Assembly: GCF_009914755.1 (NCBI RefSeq)
Contig: NC_060926.1
DNA length: 64,000 nucleotides
Strand: one strand, 5' to 3'
DNA from: the human T2T-CHM13v2.0 reference genome, Homo sapiens
In this document: positions 53,161 to 64,000 of the stretch, piece after piece
Position numbering within the stretch: position 1 is the first letter of the stretch
How the letters are laid out: each line of letters starts with the position of its first letter
The notes under the pieces: model-generated
Database searches by the model: none
What the model saw: the letters and a program-made list of their open reading frames with translations, nothing else
What the model was told of the DNA's origin: nothing
Position numbers and translations under genes: made by a program

Positions 53161-53310
53161 TCTAATTTTTAATTTTTTTTTAATTTTTGTAGAGATGGGG
53201 GGGTCTCACTATGTTGCCCTGGCTGGTCTTGAACTCCTGGCCTCAAGCAATCCTCCTGCCTTGTCCTCCGAAATTGTTGGGACTACAGATGTGAGCCACT
53301 GTGCTTGGCC
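53161..53310 (-). mobile_element. Alu left monomer / FLAM
   Basis: Single monomer tagagatgggggggtctcactatgttgcc...gagccactgtgcttggcc. Confidence 0.85.
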
Positions 53311-53494
53311 TTGATTGTATCTTTTCATAATAGAAAAGTTTAGAATTAAATGCACTAAAATATTAACAGTATTACCTCTATGTTATGGAATTATGGGTAA
53401 TTTTTACTTTTTCTCCTATATTTTTCTCTGTTTCCCCCCAAAAGATCAATCATATTATTTTTCCTCTCCATATAGGTTTATTAATATTTTATTT

Positions 53495-53770
53495 ACTTAA
53501 CATTTTTATTGAGATAATTTGCATACTGTAAAATTCACTCATTTTAACTATACCATTTGATGATTGTTATTAAATTTATAGAGTTGTGTATCCATCACCA
53601 CAGTTCAATTTTAGATCATTTCTAGAAGATTTCTCAGGCCCATCTGCAGTCATCCCTTATTCCCACCTCCCAGCCTTAGGCAATCCCTAATCTATTTTCC
53701 ATCTCTATAGATTCGCTTTTTCTGGAAGTTTCACATAAATAGGATCATACAACATATGCTCTTTTGGGAC
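53495..53770 (-). mobile_element. Old L1M 3' end fragment
   Basis: tttattgagataattt...ggcaatccctaatctatttt...cacataaataggatcatac. Confidence 0.7.
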
Positions 53771-55979
53771 TGACATATATTGTGTTCTTTTAAAGAGAGG
53801 GAAATGAATAAATATTCTTTGGTTCTTTGCCTTTCCCATCCAATCCAAGCAAAAGCCTGTTTTCTTCCTCTTAATACTATAATAACTAATTATCAACAGA
53901 GTTTCCTTTACTCCTGTAGTTCTTGACCAGCAATCAAATCCCTTTCAGATCACAAGATAATCTATAGGACAGTAAAGCTATTCCTGATGTTTTAAGGATC
54001 TCTGTTTTTTAATTCCTCACACATTTCTCTATTTTTACATTAAAAAACTGATTTATAACTATTTTGTTCTTACCCTCTGGACAGTCATTGTAGACATGCC
54101 CTATACTCCCATTCTATTGGCAGAAACAGGGACACCATCACTGATGTGGAAGGGTTTGGAATCAGACAGACCCAAATTCCACTCCGGGGCCCCATCTCCT
54201 GTAGCTGGGTTATGGACCCTTCCTGAGTTCAGTGTCTTAGTGAGTATCTTGGAGTTACTTGTACCTACCTCCAGGGCTGGATGAAGACATGAGCATGCTC
54301 TGGACAAGCTAGTGATTGTTGGTTCTCCTTCGAAAGGATGTTCTTTAAATAAGTCTTCAACTTCTCTTTAGAGAAGAGGCAGGGCCCCCACACAGCAAAA
54401 CAAAGGCCTTGCAGTTCATCAGAGCTACACTCCTTAAAATGCACTGTGGACTCCTCGAGGGTCTCACTCTCACTCCCAGCAGCTCATCAGTGTCTTCCTT
54501 CCAATCCAATTAACACTCTCCCTGAAAGTACTGATACATATCATTTTCAATATTTCACTACATTTTCAAGGATATTTATTGCTGTTTGTGGAGTAGTGTC
54601 TTTCTGGCTCTGCCTCATAGAGTGTTCTGAAGATTAAATGGGATCACACATGTAAGGAGTACTGCACAGGGTCTAACACTCAGTGGATGTTCAATAAATG
54701 GCGACTATTATTAGTATCATAACCAAAGCTATGGCAACTCTGAGCCTCTGTGTGATGACAGGTGATGTGCAGCTCCTTTCTCCTCTAGCTCCTTACCTGG
54801 AAACCTTCTTTGCAGAAAGGCATTTTCAGAAAGCTTTTGGTGACCTTGAAACATTCTCAGGTGCTCTCTGATGTCTTTATAAATGAAACTTAATATATAT
54901 AGGAGATACAGTTCCTCCTTCATACCTGTATAGTAAAAAAGCCACAACATAAATACCTTTGGTTAATCTTTCTATAGTATATTATTTTAAATATTAGCAT
55001 AAACATGATAGAAATTAACAGAATGAAGGTTAACTGGGGGAAAAGCCCTGAGCAGGGAGGGAGGAGTTGCTGTGGGAACACTGTGGCAGGTCTGAAACTA
55101 GATCCTGGCTATCCAGCAGAGGGAAATGGCACATATTTGGAGGCTTTTATATCATGGTAATAATTGTTTTATTAGGATCAAAGCATCCCAGAAAGCACTT
55201 GCTCTTTCCTTCTCTCCAGTCCCCCTGACTCTCCCCTGAGCAGGGTTGGATAGGAGGTTTGGTGGGGGGAGGAGGCAGGGAACAGTAGAAGAAAGCAATG
55301 CTATGTCCCTTTCCCCCATTGTCTGGCCCCAAATGTAGTGCCATAAATATCAAAACAGTGCTTGGTAATAGTCCAAAACATTTAACTTGTCCGCAAATTC
55401 CTAAACAACCATTGGCGTGTAATTTGGTTCTTGGCAGAGTGTAACTGAATAACTTGTAGACATGACATTTGTGTGAACATCTACAAGAGACAGGCCGTTA
55501 TCACCACCCATTCAACACTCCAGCCAGAGGAAGAACAGCAAGGGGGCCAGCCATACAAGTTCACCTGCGCGTCCGGGGTCTCAGTTCTGCTGTGGCCCGG
55601 CTACTCCCCATTCTCAACTGTGTTTTCTTCACCATGCAGGTGATGGAAGCCCAGGCAGGCCCAGGGTTCAAGGCCAGTGACTTCAGCCTGTCACCCCCTC
55701 AGACCACATCGGGCCCACCGGCCTCCTCCCTCCCTGCCCCCCAGCCCTGCCCGCACTGCCCCCCATTGCGCCCAGCCCTTCCTCACCCCGCAGGAGAAGC
55801 TGGCCTCTCATTCCTCACTGAGAGACTCGACGGGCGTCCCCACGCCAAGCCTTCCTCGCCCTCCCCTCCAGCCTTTTCTGAAGGGGAGACAGCAAAGGTG
55901 AGCAAGCAACCGCCGGCAAGTTTCGACAGCTGCTGAGGAAGACTCATGGGTTTCTAAGGAAACAGAGAGGCAGCAGCCA

Positions 55980-57070
55980 TTTTAGTAGCATTTGCTGTAT
56001 GAAAAATATATAGACACTGGCAGCCCTCTCCCCACTCTGCCTCGGCGCCTGCCCTTTCGCCCCGCCTCAGAGGCCCCGGGGTGAGGGTGGGGCCCCAGTC
56101 TCCGAGGGACGCAGCGGCCACCTGTCGCAGGTGGCCGGCCACCGGGGTCGCCACCCCCAGTGTCCCCCAGCAGCGGGACCGCGGGGTCCCCACCCCGGGG
56201 CGGAATCCCCACCCACGGGCGCCGCAGTGCAGCGGCGGGCGGGCGGGCGACTCGGCCCTCCCCGCACCCGCGTCCCGCCCCCCGGGTCCCCTCCCTCTCC
56301 CCACCGCCCCAGGCCGCGGGAGCCCGCGGGGAGGGCGGGCCTGTCGCAGCCGCGCTGGTCGCCAGGCGTCCGGGAGGAGCGGGGTCCGCGCGGCGGACGA
56401 GGCGGGGGCGGAGGCGCAGGCAGAGCGAGCGCGGGAGGTCGCCGCAGCCAGGGACACCGCGCGCCGCCGCTCAACATGGTCGCTGCGCACGCTGCCCATT
56501 CTTCCTCCTCTGCCGAGTGGATCGCCTGCCTGGATAAAAGGTAGCTCGGCCGGGGGCCGCAGCCGGGGGCCGAGCTCTGCGGTGCTGCCCGGGCCCTGAG
56601 ACCGCCGCAGCTCCGCACCTGGGCGCAGCGCGGCCGGGCTGCGGGTGGCCGGGGTCCCCGAGCGGGGGAAGGGGTTGAGGTCCTCGTCCGGGAGACAGGA
56701 GGACAAGGATCCCCGCCTCTCGTGGGGTGCCAGCGGCATGAGATTATTACACGTGGTGGAGAAAATGCAGCGCAGTAAGGGGAGAGAGCACCCACCTCTC
56801 CAACCCCCTGCCCTGCCGCGACTCCAGGCTCCGCTCCTGGGTGGGGGTTTATTTTCTCTTGGCATCACGGGACAGAAGAATCGATGCATACCCTTTCCGG
56901 CTATTCAGACCTTGCGGGGTATGAAGTTTTAAAGAGGGGTGGGGGCACCGGCAGGTGCAGAGTAACATTCTTTTTTTGTTCTTGAAAGCAAAGTGTGAGG
57001 GACCCGGTGGAGCTGTCGAATCCCTTGCTGAAATTCACAGCTCTCTGCCCCCGCAGTCGCTCGCTCAAGG
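55980..57070. promoter_or_regulatory. CpG-island promoter of RAPGEF4 (probably bidirectional; an antisense lncRNA RAPGEF4-AS1 is recalled at this locus)
   Basis: Very high GC and CpG density against an AT-rich background, with multiple GC boxes (GGGCGG near 56237 and 56333), surrounding the ATG exon. Confidence 0.9.
56476..56540 (+). CDS. RAPGEF4: RAPGEF4 (Epac2, cAMP-GEFII) first coding exon, 65 coding nt
   Basis: AACATGG Kozak start at 56476 translates MVAAHAAHSSSSAEWIACLDK(R), which I recognise as the Epac2A N-terminus. The exon ends AAG|gtagct (phase 2) inside a CpG island. Confidence 0.95.
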
Positions 57071-58705
57071 TCTGTGTTAGAGAAGGTCATTTGGGAGGCT
57101 GCTTTCGTCTTAATACCTGCTTCTCGGGAAAAGATCTTTACGCTAAAAATAATTAAAACCATAAAGCATGTAACTCCCGACGACAGCTCTCTCTAAGGAG
57201 GATGTGTGTGTTAACAGTGGATTGCAGTTGTTTCCAGGCTCTGACAGCATAATTTTCTGTTTGTCCAGATTGCAGGTTTAAACGTTACACAGTATGTTAG
57301 CAATTATAGCTTATTACCCTGATTAAAAGGTGATGCATCTGAACTTTTAAGAACTGAGCAAGAAATCTTGCAGAGTGAACTGCCTCTGAATTTCGGAGTT
57401 TGATGCAGAAGGGCAATGATGCACGTCTTGCAGCTATCTGCATGACATCTCTATTTGCATTTGTGTGAAATATTTTGTGCTCTGCCATATTGAAAAATTT
57501 TCAATTAACAGATTCGTAACCAGATCAAACTTGAAAATCTTAAGTGTGACGTGCTTTGCATACTCTATTATAGGCCTTTGTTGAAAAATATTAAGTAATT
57601 TGAGAAAAGCTAAATGTAGCTCATTTGAAAAGCTTAACATATCTGAGAAATAATCTTGACTTTCAATTACCACTCAGTAGCAAGATTTTTTGGCAGGTAG
57701 TGCCCTATTTATGTCTAAAATGATATGTACTAATATTAAAAGAGTTGCATGCAATAAATAGTAAGAGAATTAAAGTAATAGTTAAATCACACAGGATTAT
57801 GTAGAAGAACTAAGAGTATTTAAAGTATAGAGGTTGTTAATGTGATAAGTATCTACATTTAATAGTTCAGGAAAAAGGAATTATATGGGATTCAAGATCT
57901 TGCACTTAACCTATAAATAGTAGTGCTTCCTTATGAGCAAAATTTTTAGATAATAGATAACATATTTCTATGTGTAGAAATGCATGGCATGGCATTTTTT
58001 GAACAGTCGGTAATTCACTGGAAACCCGTTAGTCAATAAGAAGTACTTATGGCAAAATCATAGAGCAATACTAACACAAGTGGGACATATTCGACTCTCT
58101 CTTTTCATAATGTGTATCTGCCTAAATGATTTTGCTTGAAATGGATTTTTTAGAGCATGGTGCCCCCATTTAATGCCACCATTCATAATGGGAAAAAAAT
58201 CTAGGAAAAAAAAAAAACCCTTCACAGATACTGAGCCTAGCATCAGAAGAGTCAGATGAGTGGATAGATCAATAAGTTAAGGGTTTTAGGCACAGAGCTG
58301 TTACCAGTTCTGATATTGGACATGTCACTTTTACTTCCTTGAGTGTCTGAAAAATGAGGATAGGACTATCAGGGATAAGTGGACAAATGGAAGGAGAAAA
58401 AAAAGGTGAAATAGTTTGAAAACTGTGAGTGCCATGTAGGCTTTTTGTTTTGTGGTATTAAAAGAACTTTGCATGTTCTGCAGTGTTCATGCCAGAATTA
58501 ATTCCAATGAGGAACAGTTTAGGGCAGCAATCTCATTGTATGAAGGCCATGGGGGGACTTGTTTTGAAGTTGTGTTTTTACTTAGATTGTTTATTTATTT
58601 ATTTTTTTTAGGAAAGGAGAAAGGTTGAGAGTGTTTATGGAAGTTGGCTAGGGAAGCCCCCTGAAACACCTGTTTAGTGGAGACACTGCCCTCAATGTTT
58701 CTGAG

Positions 58706-58798
58706 AAATGCTGTCTTGATCCTCTTTTCCAGGCACTGTGAAATGCTATCTTGATCCTCTTTTAAATGCTATCTTGATCTTCTTTTCCAGGCACTGTG
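58706..58798. repeat. Short tandem triplication (35+23+35 bp)
   Basis: aaatgct(g/a)tcttgatc(c/t)tctttt occurs three times, followed by ccaggcactgtg in units 1 and 3. Confidence 0.9.
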
Positions 58799-59846
58799 CT
58801 GGGCACTGGGGATGCAACAAAATATGAGAGTTGCTTGTAGGCTTAGAGGGTAGGGGAGATTGGTGGTGGGACGGCTCTATAAACAGCTAACCACAATGCA
58901 ATAGTAAGTGCTTTAATGGAGATGTATAAAGTGCTTTGGGAATGCAGATGAGAGAGTTATCGAGATACTTCCATAGGTGTCCTGCCTAGAACTCAGAGGC
59001 TGAGAACAATTTTACCAGGCACAGAATAGGGAGGGCATGCCAGGGAGTGGTGTGGCATATGAATATGCTAATTTCTTCCCAACCACAAATTCCTCTTGTG
59101 ACCAAATCTAGATATAGGAATGTATGCTCTATTTTTATAAAATCTTTTTTATTATGGACATTTTCAACCCTGCACAAAAGAGAAAGTACAATGAACCCAT
59201 GTGGGTTCACTTGGGAATATGATGCTGGGACCTTTCAACTGGGAAAAGGACGTAACTGGGAAACACAGTTCAAATATATGCCTCATTCAAGTGACAACTG
59301 TTGTGGATGGTGAAAAAAAGAGAAACCCTGGGACTGGAAATAAAAAGAGAGTTAAAAGAGAAAGTCTGCAGTAGTAAAGAAGTATGCAATGAAATTTGAA
59401 GTGAAACAAAACACAAGGAAAATAGAGCCTTAAAGTGTTTGTTAGGAATGCCTAGAAAGCTATCATAGACAGGACAATATTTGCAAGTGGGGAAGGGTGT
59501 TGCAAGTGTTGTAGATATGTAGATTAGATTAAAGAAACAAAATCTATAGCTTTTTATGTATCAATCATCCACCATCTTGGACTATGGTGGGACTGAGGAG
59601 ATGAGGGTCTACAAATACTAATCTTAAAACCAGAAAGACAGGACATTGAACATTTGGATGGATAAACCAACATTGAAAAAAGTCTCAGCAGATGTATTGT
59701 TAGAGTAAAACAAGCTCACCACTATCTCAGGGATCTTACCATTTTTTTCTGAGGGGATGGCAACTAGGAACAAATTACATAGTTCCCACTATTTGGGACT
59801 TAAGATAGGTAAAATGTCCTTTCTTTTTTTTTTTTAAGTGTGCTGA

Positions 59847-60165
<319 letters not shown>

Positions 60166-60344
60166 CATTGTTTAATTTTAATGAAAATATTTTTCCCGTA
60201 AGATTTTAAATTTGCCAACTGTGAACTTCAGATCCACTTATAAGTCCTAGTTCTCAGGGTTGGTAAAGGAGTATTATGAAGGGACAGGGACCATACACAT
60301 TCATGTAGTATAGCGACTCGTTGCTGGCATTCATCATGATGGGA

Positions 60345-60672
60345 CAGGCATTGACAAGCTATGGCCTGTGGGCCAGATCTGACAGCTTGCCCGTATGTCT
60401 CGTGGGCTAAGAATGGTTTTCACATTCCTGAATGGTTGGAAATAAATCAAAAGAAGATCAGTATTTTGTGACCCATGAAATTTAGATGAAATTCAAATTT
60501 CAGTGTCTATAAACAAAGTTTTATTGGAACATAGCCATGCTCATTTGGTTACATATTGTCTACAGCTGCTTTCCCGCTGCAGTGGCAGAGTTGAGTAGCT
60601 GCAATGGAGACTGTGGGCCCACAGAGCCTGAAATATTTACTATGTGGACCTTTACAGAAAAAGTTTGCCATC
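60345..60672. mobile_element. MER58B-type hAT MITE
   Basis: ctatggcctgtgggccagatctg...gctaagaatggttttcacatt...cctttacagaaaaagtttgcc. Confidence 0.85.
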
Positions 60673-62099
60673 TTTTGTTATAGATGAAAGAACCTATCTA
60701 AGTGATTGACAGTGAAACCACTGGAGATGAAAGAAATCGTTTTCATTTGGAAAGGAGTTCACAGTGTTTGGTTTCTTGTTCTTTAATTAGAAGTATAGGT
60801 TGGAGAAAGGTTCTCAGTTGATTGGCTTATTTGAGGAACACTGGCCATCACAGCCAAAGCAGATGATGAAGTTAACATGGTTATTCAAAAGGTTGTGATC
60901 TTTCAAAGGCAGCAGATGAATTTTTTTTAAGTATTCGTGTTTCAGTTTAAAAATACTCCATGGACAGTTTCCATCTGACTTGCCCCCAAATAGATGTTAT
61001 TTTAGCTATTTTGATTAGGTTGAATTCGAGTGAAAGAAATCAAGAAACAAATTTGTTAAGAACCAAAATGCTTTGTAGCACACATGGTGAGAGAAGATAA
61101 CTCAGATATCAAAGAAGCATCAGACATGGGTCCACCCTTGAGAAATGCAGAGGATCAAAGAAGCACACAGAGCAGAAAGGGGTCCCTGGAGGAGGCTAGT
61201 ATCTACTAGCCATGTCCCAAGGGATGACATTACCCCGGTACATCCTCCAGGGCTCAGGCTGGTCTTGCAATCTCAGAATACTGACTTGTTAGCACATCAA
61301 AAATTAATGTATCTTTCAGCAACAGATACACAGGTACCAGACTCTCAGAGACTCTAAAAGCCAGAAAGACAGTTTATTAATTTGACAATAAGATCTGTCA
61401 CATCAGAGAAGTGGACACTCACGTCCTTTGGCTAATGTATTCTTCCTCTAAGTAAGCCATATGGGAAATCCAATTATTCTCAGAAGTCCGTTTTCTGCAT
61501 TTACAATGAGAAGCCAAGCTGCCAGGAGGTCAGGATGCTTACATCTTCTGGCCTGTACAGGAGTACATCCTCTTCCTAGAGCAACAGAGCCTGGGAATTG
61601 GATGATAATGAGAAGGCAGTTCTGGGAATCGTCCAGGACAGCGTGGCTGCCACCTTTTCCAGTCAGATCACCATTACCTGTGCTCTCACAGCACACTTTG
61701 GTCCCACTCTGTAATAACATAGCACAAGTCCGATTCCATTGTAATGGCCTGCTTACTTCTCTTTTCACATCACTTGACTTTAGTCCCTATATTTTATTCA
61801 TCATTTTATCTTCAGCTTCAGTGCAGTGCCCTGACTAGAGAAGGTGCTAATGGGCCCAGGGCAAGATGGCCACAGGCATCCTTCTCCTCAGGGATGGTGG
61901 CCTCTGTAACCCAAAAAGGCCCTTGCACTGGGCCCTTTGCTGGGGAAGGGCGTGGGTGACACCATCCACATCTGCCTCTGTTGCTTCTTCTATGTTTTTT
62001 GGCTAATGTGAATACTTTTTTAAAAATGACACTGCATAGCTCTAATCTAATCTATTCTTCCTCCTTAAATCCTCACCCACCTTTGAAAAAAAAACTAAC

Positions 62100-63070
62100 A
62101 TCTTTTTATTGTGGAAAAAATCAAAATATACAAAAAGAAGAAATAGCAGTATGATTCTTAATTCTTTTTGTTTGTGTGTGTGTTTTTAGACAGGGTCACT
62201 CTGTCACCCAGGCTGGAAGGCAGTGGTTTGATCACAACTCACTGCATCCTTGACCTCCTGGGTTCAAACGATCCTCCTGCCTCAGCTTCCTGAGTAGCTG
62301 GGACCACAGATGTGTATCTCCATGCCTGGCTAATTTTAAAAATTTTTTGTAGAGATGGAGTCTCCCTATGTTGCCCAGGCTGGTCTCAAACTGCTGGGCT
62401 GAAGTGATCTTCCCACCTTGGCCTCCCAAAGTGCTGGGACTATAGGCTTAAGCCACTGTGCCCAGCCAGTATGATCTGTGCCACCCCTTCCCCGGCTCCA
62501 ACATCATCAACTTACAGCCAACCTTGTTTTGTTTATACCTTCACGCGCTCCCCACTCCCCCCAGGATTATTTTCAAGCAAATCCCATGTATTTCATCTGT
62601 AAATATTTTAGTATATGTCTCTAAAAGGTAGTGACTTTTTATAAAGAAAACAATACCACACACATTAAACAACTTGACGTTAGTTCTCTAATATAATCAA
62701 TTATTCAGTCAGTGTTCAAATGTCCCCATTTACCTCATAACTTTCTTTTTTGCAGTTTGTTTGTATCAAGAGCCAAATAAGTTGCATTTAGTTGATATGT
62801 CTATAGGTCTGGGTTCTCTCTTTCTCTCTTTTTCTTCCTTGTAATACATTTCTTGAAGAAACTGGGTTGTTGTTGTTTTTTTCAGTCTGAATTTTCATTG
62901 TACCTCCATGCAGTTTTTTAAAACATGTTCCTTTGTCCCCTGTATTTCCTGTAAATTAGTATTTGGGTCTAGAGTTTGACTTTTTGGTAAGAATGCATCA
63001 CAGAAGTGTTATATATTTCCATAATGAGGTATATAATGTCAAGTGATCTCTTTTCATAATGTTAGCAATA
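62100..63070 (-). mobile_element. Old L1M 3' end interrupted by an Alu
   Basis: ttttattgtggaaaaaatcaaaatatacaaaaag...ggattattttcaagcaaatccca...atatgtctctaaaag. Confidence 0.65.
62162..62467 (-). mobile_element. Alu (AluJ-like)
   Basis: Full Alu with agtatgat flanking both sides. Confidence 0.93.
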
Positions 63071-64000
63071 TATTGTTTTTAAAGTTTAATGCTTGGGAAT
63101 TATCTATTTGCAATTTATTGGGAGACATTTCACTGTGGCCTCAAATACATGGGAGCACATGACATATATATTTGGAGTAATTTGAGAACAATACAACCTC
63201 ATATGTAATTAGGGTTAAATTCTGTTGTGCTGATTTTACTTGCTTTAATCTATTAGGAAAGGAAAGTTTAGCCAGACCTGGACTCCCTCAGACTGGGGAT
63301 ACATGTAGGATTGGTGTGCTCAATCCACACCCTTGACCCTGCTGCCTGGTCTCCTGCATGCAGCCTGGGAGCTGGAAAGAGTCTTCAGAGGAAAAGTGGT
63401 GCTTAGCAAAGCAAATCCAGCCTCTTTGTCTTAGTTGGAGTTCTCTCAAATGGATTTCTGGCCCCTCCTGTGAGGTGGGACTGGCAGATACCTTTTGTTG
63501 GAATTTCCCATGAGCTTAGAAGATTTTATGGCCCTCTCATCATAGCTGCTTATTGTCCTGCACCACCTCCTCACACCCCATGCAGCTAGTTTTTCTTCAG
63601 TCAGAATAAAATCACGTTTGTGCATCCTCAACAGTGGTCAATGAGAGTGGGTTTTTCCTCCAGTACTTTCACGTCACAGATGAGGGAGAGACTGCCCTAG
63701 GAGTACTGAGAGACTGAGGAAAGAGAAAGAGGATGGAAAGAACTGGGTGGGGAGGGAGACAGCGAGAGATCCAGCTGAACATCTGACAGAAAACAATCTG
63801 GCTGACGAGCGGAGGCGGACAATCCTGGTGTGTTGACTCAGCTGCATCCGTGTGCACCCTCTTGCTTCCCCTGCCCCAGAAGAAACACAAAGTGCTGCCA
63901 CTACTCTCTTTTCTCTCCATGCCAGCTCTTTCTTGGCGCACCTATCTGTTTCCTTTGCTGTAACTGCGCAGATTCCTTAAACTCTGTATCTGTGGCTTAT

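Noticed and set aside
55954-56889. 311-aa and 242-aa minus-strand ORFs (and overlapping plus-strand ORFs) across the CpG island
   Set aside because: These are low-complexity R/G/P/A-rich translations that are open in several frames at once, as expected from stop-codon scarcity in GC-rich DNA. No recognisable domain.

Overview
Hominoid (very probably human, chr2q31.1) genomic DNA. Most of the window is repeat-dense intergenic sequence: 18 Alu insertions plus one partial duplicated copy, a complete short SVA, L1/L2/MIR fragments, solo LTRs (LTR12, THE1, MER52, MLT1/2), Tigger/hAT MITEs and a U13 snoRNA retrocopy. It ends in a CpG-island promoter and the first coding exon of RAPGEF4/Epac2 (+ strand, ATG at 56476, MVAAHAAHSSSSAEWIACLDK-R, donor after 56540), followed by about 7.5 kb of intron 1. 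No other protein-coding gene is supportable, and nearly all other ORFs in the track are repeat-derived or chance. I see no clear evidence of a new biological system. The most unusual structures are: (i) a convergent inverted pair of LTR12 elements, one interrupted by a 5'-truncated L1 whose ORF2 C-terminus (about 496 codons) is still open and fused in frame to antisense LTR sequence; (ii) a non-tandem ~170-bp templated duplication of an Alu end plus its unique flank; (iii) a U13 copy inserted in an old L1 without a normal poly(A) tail or TSD; (iv) candidate alternative or antisense exons and regulatory clusters around the RAPGEF4 promoter. Repeat subfamily names come from recalled consensus sequences, and boundaries without TSDs are approximate.
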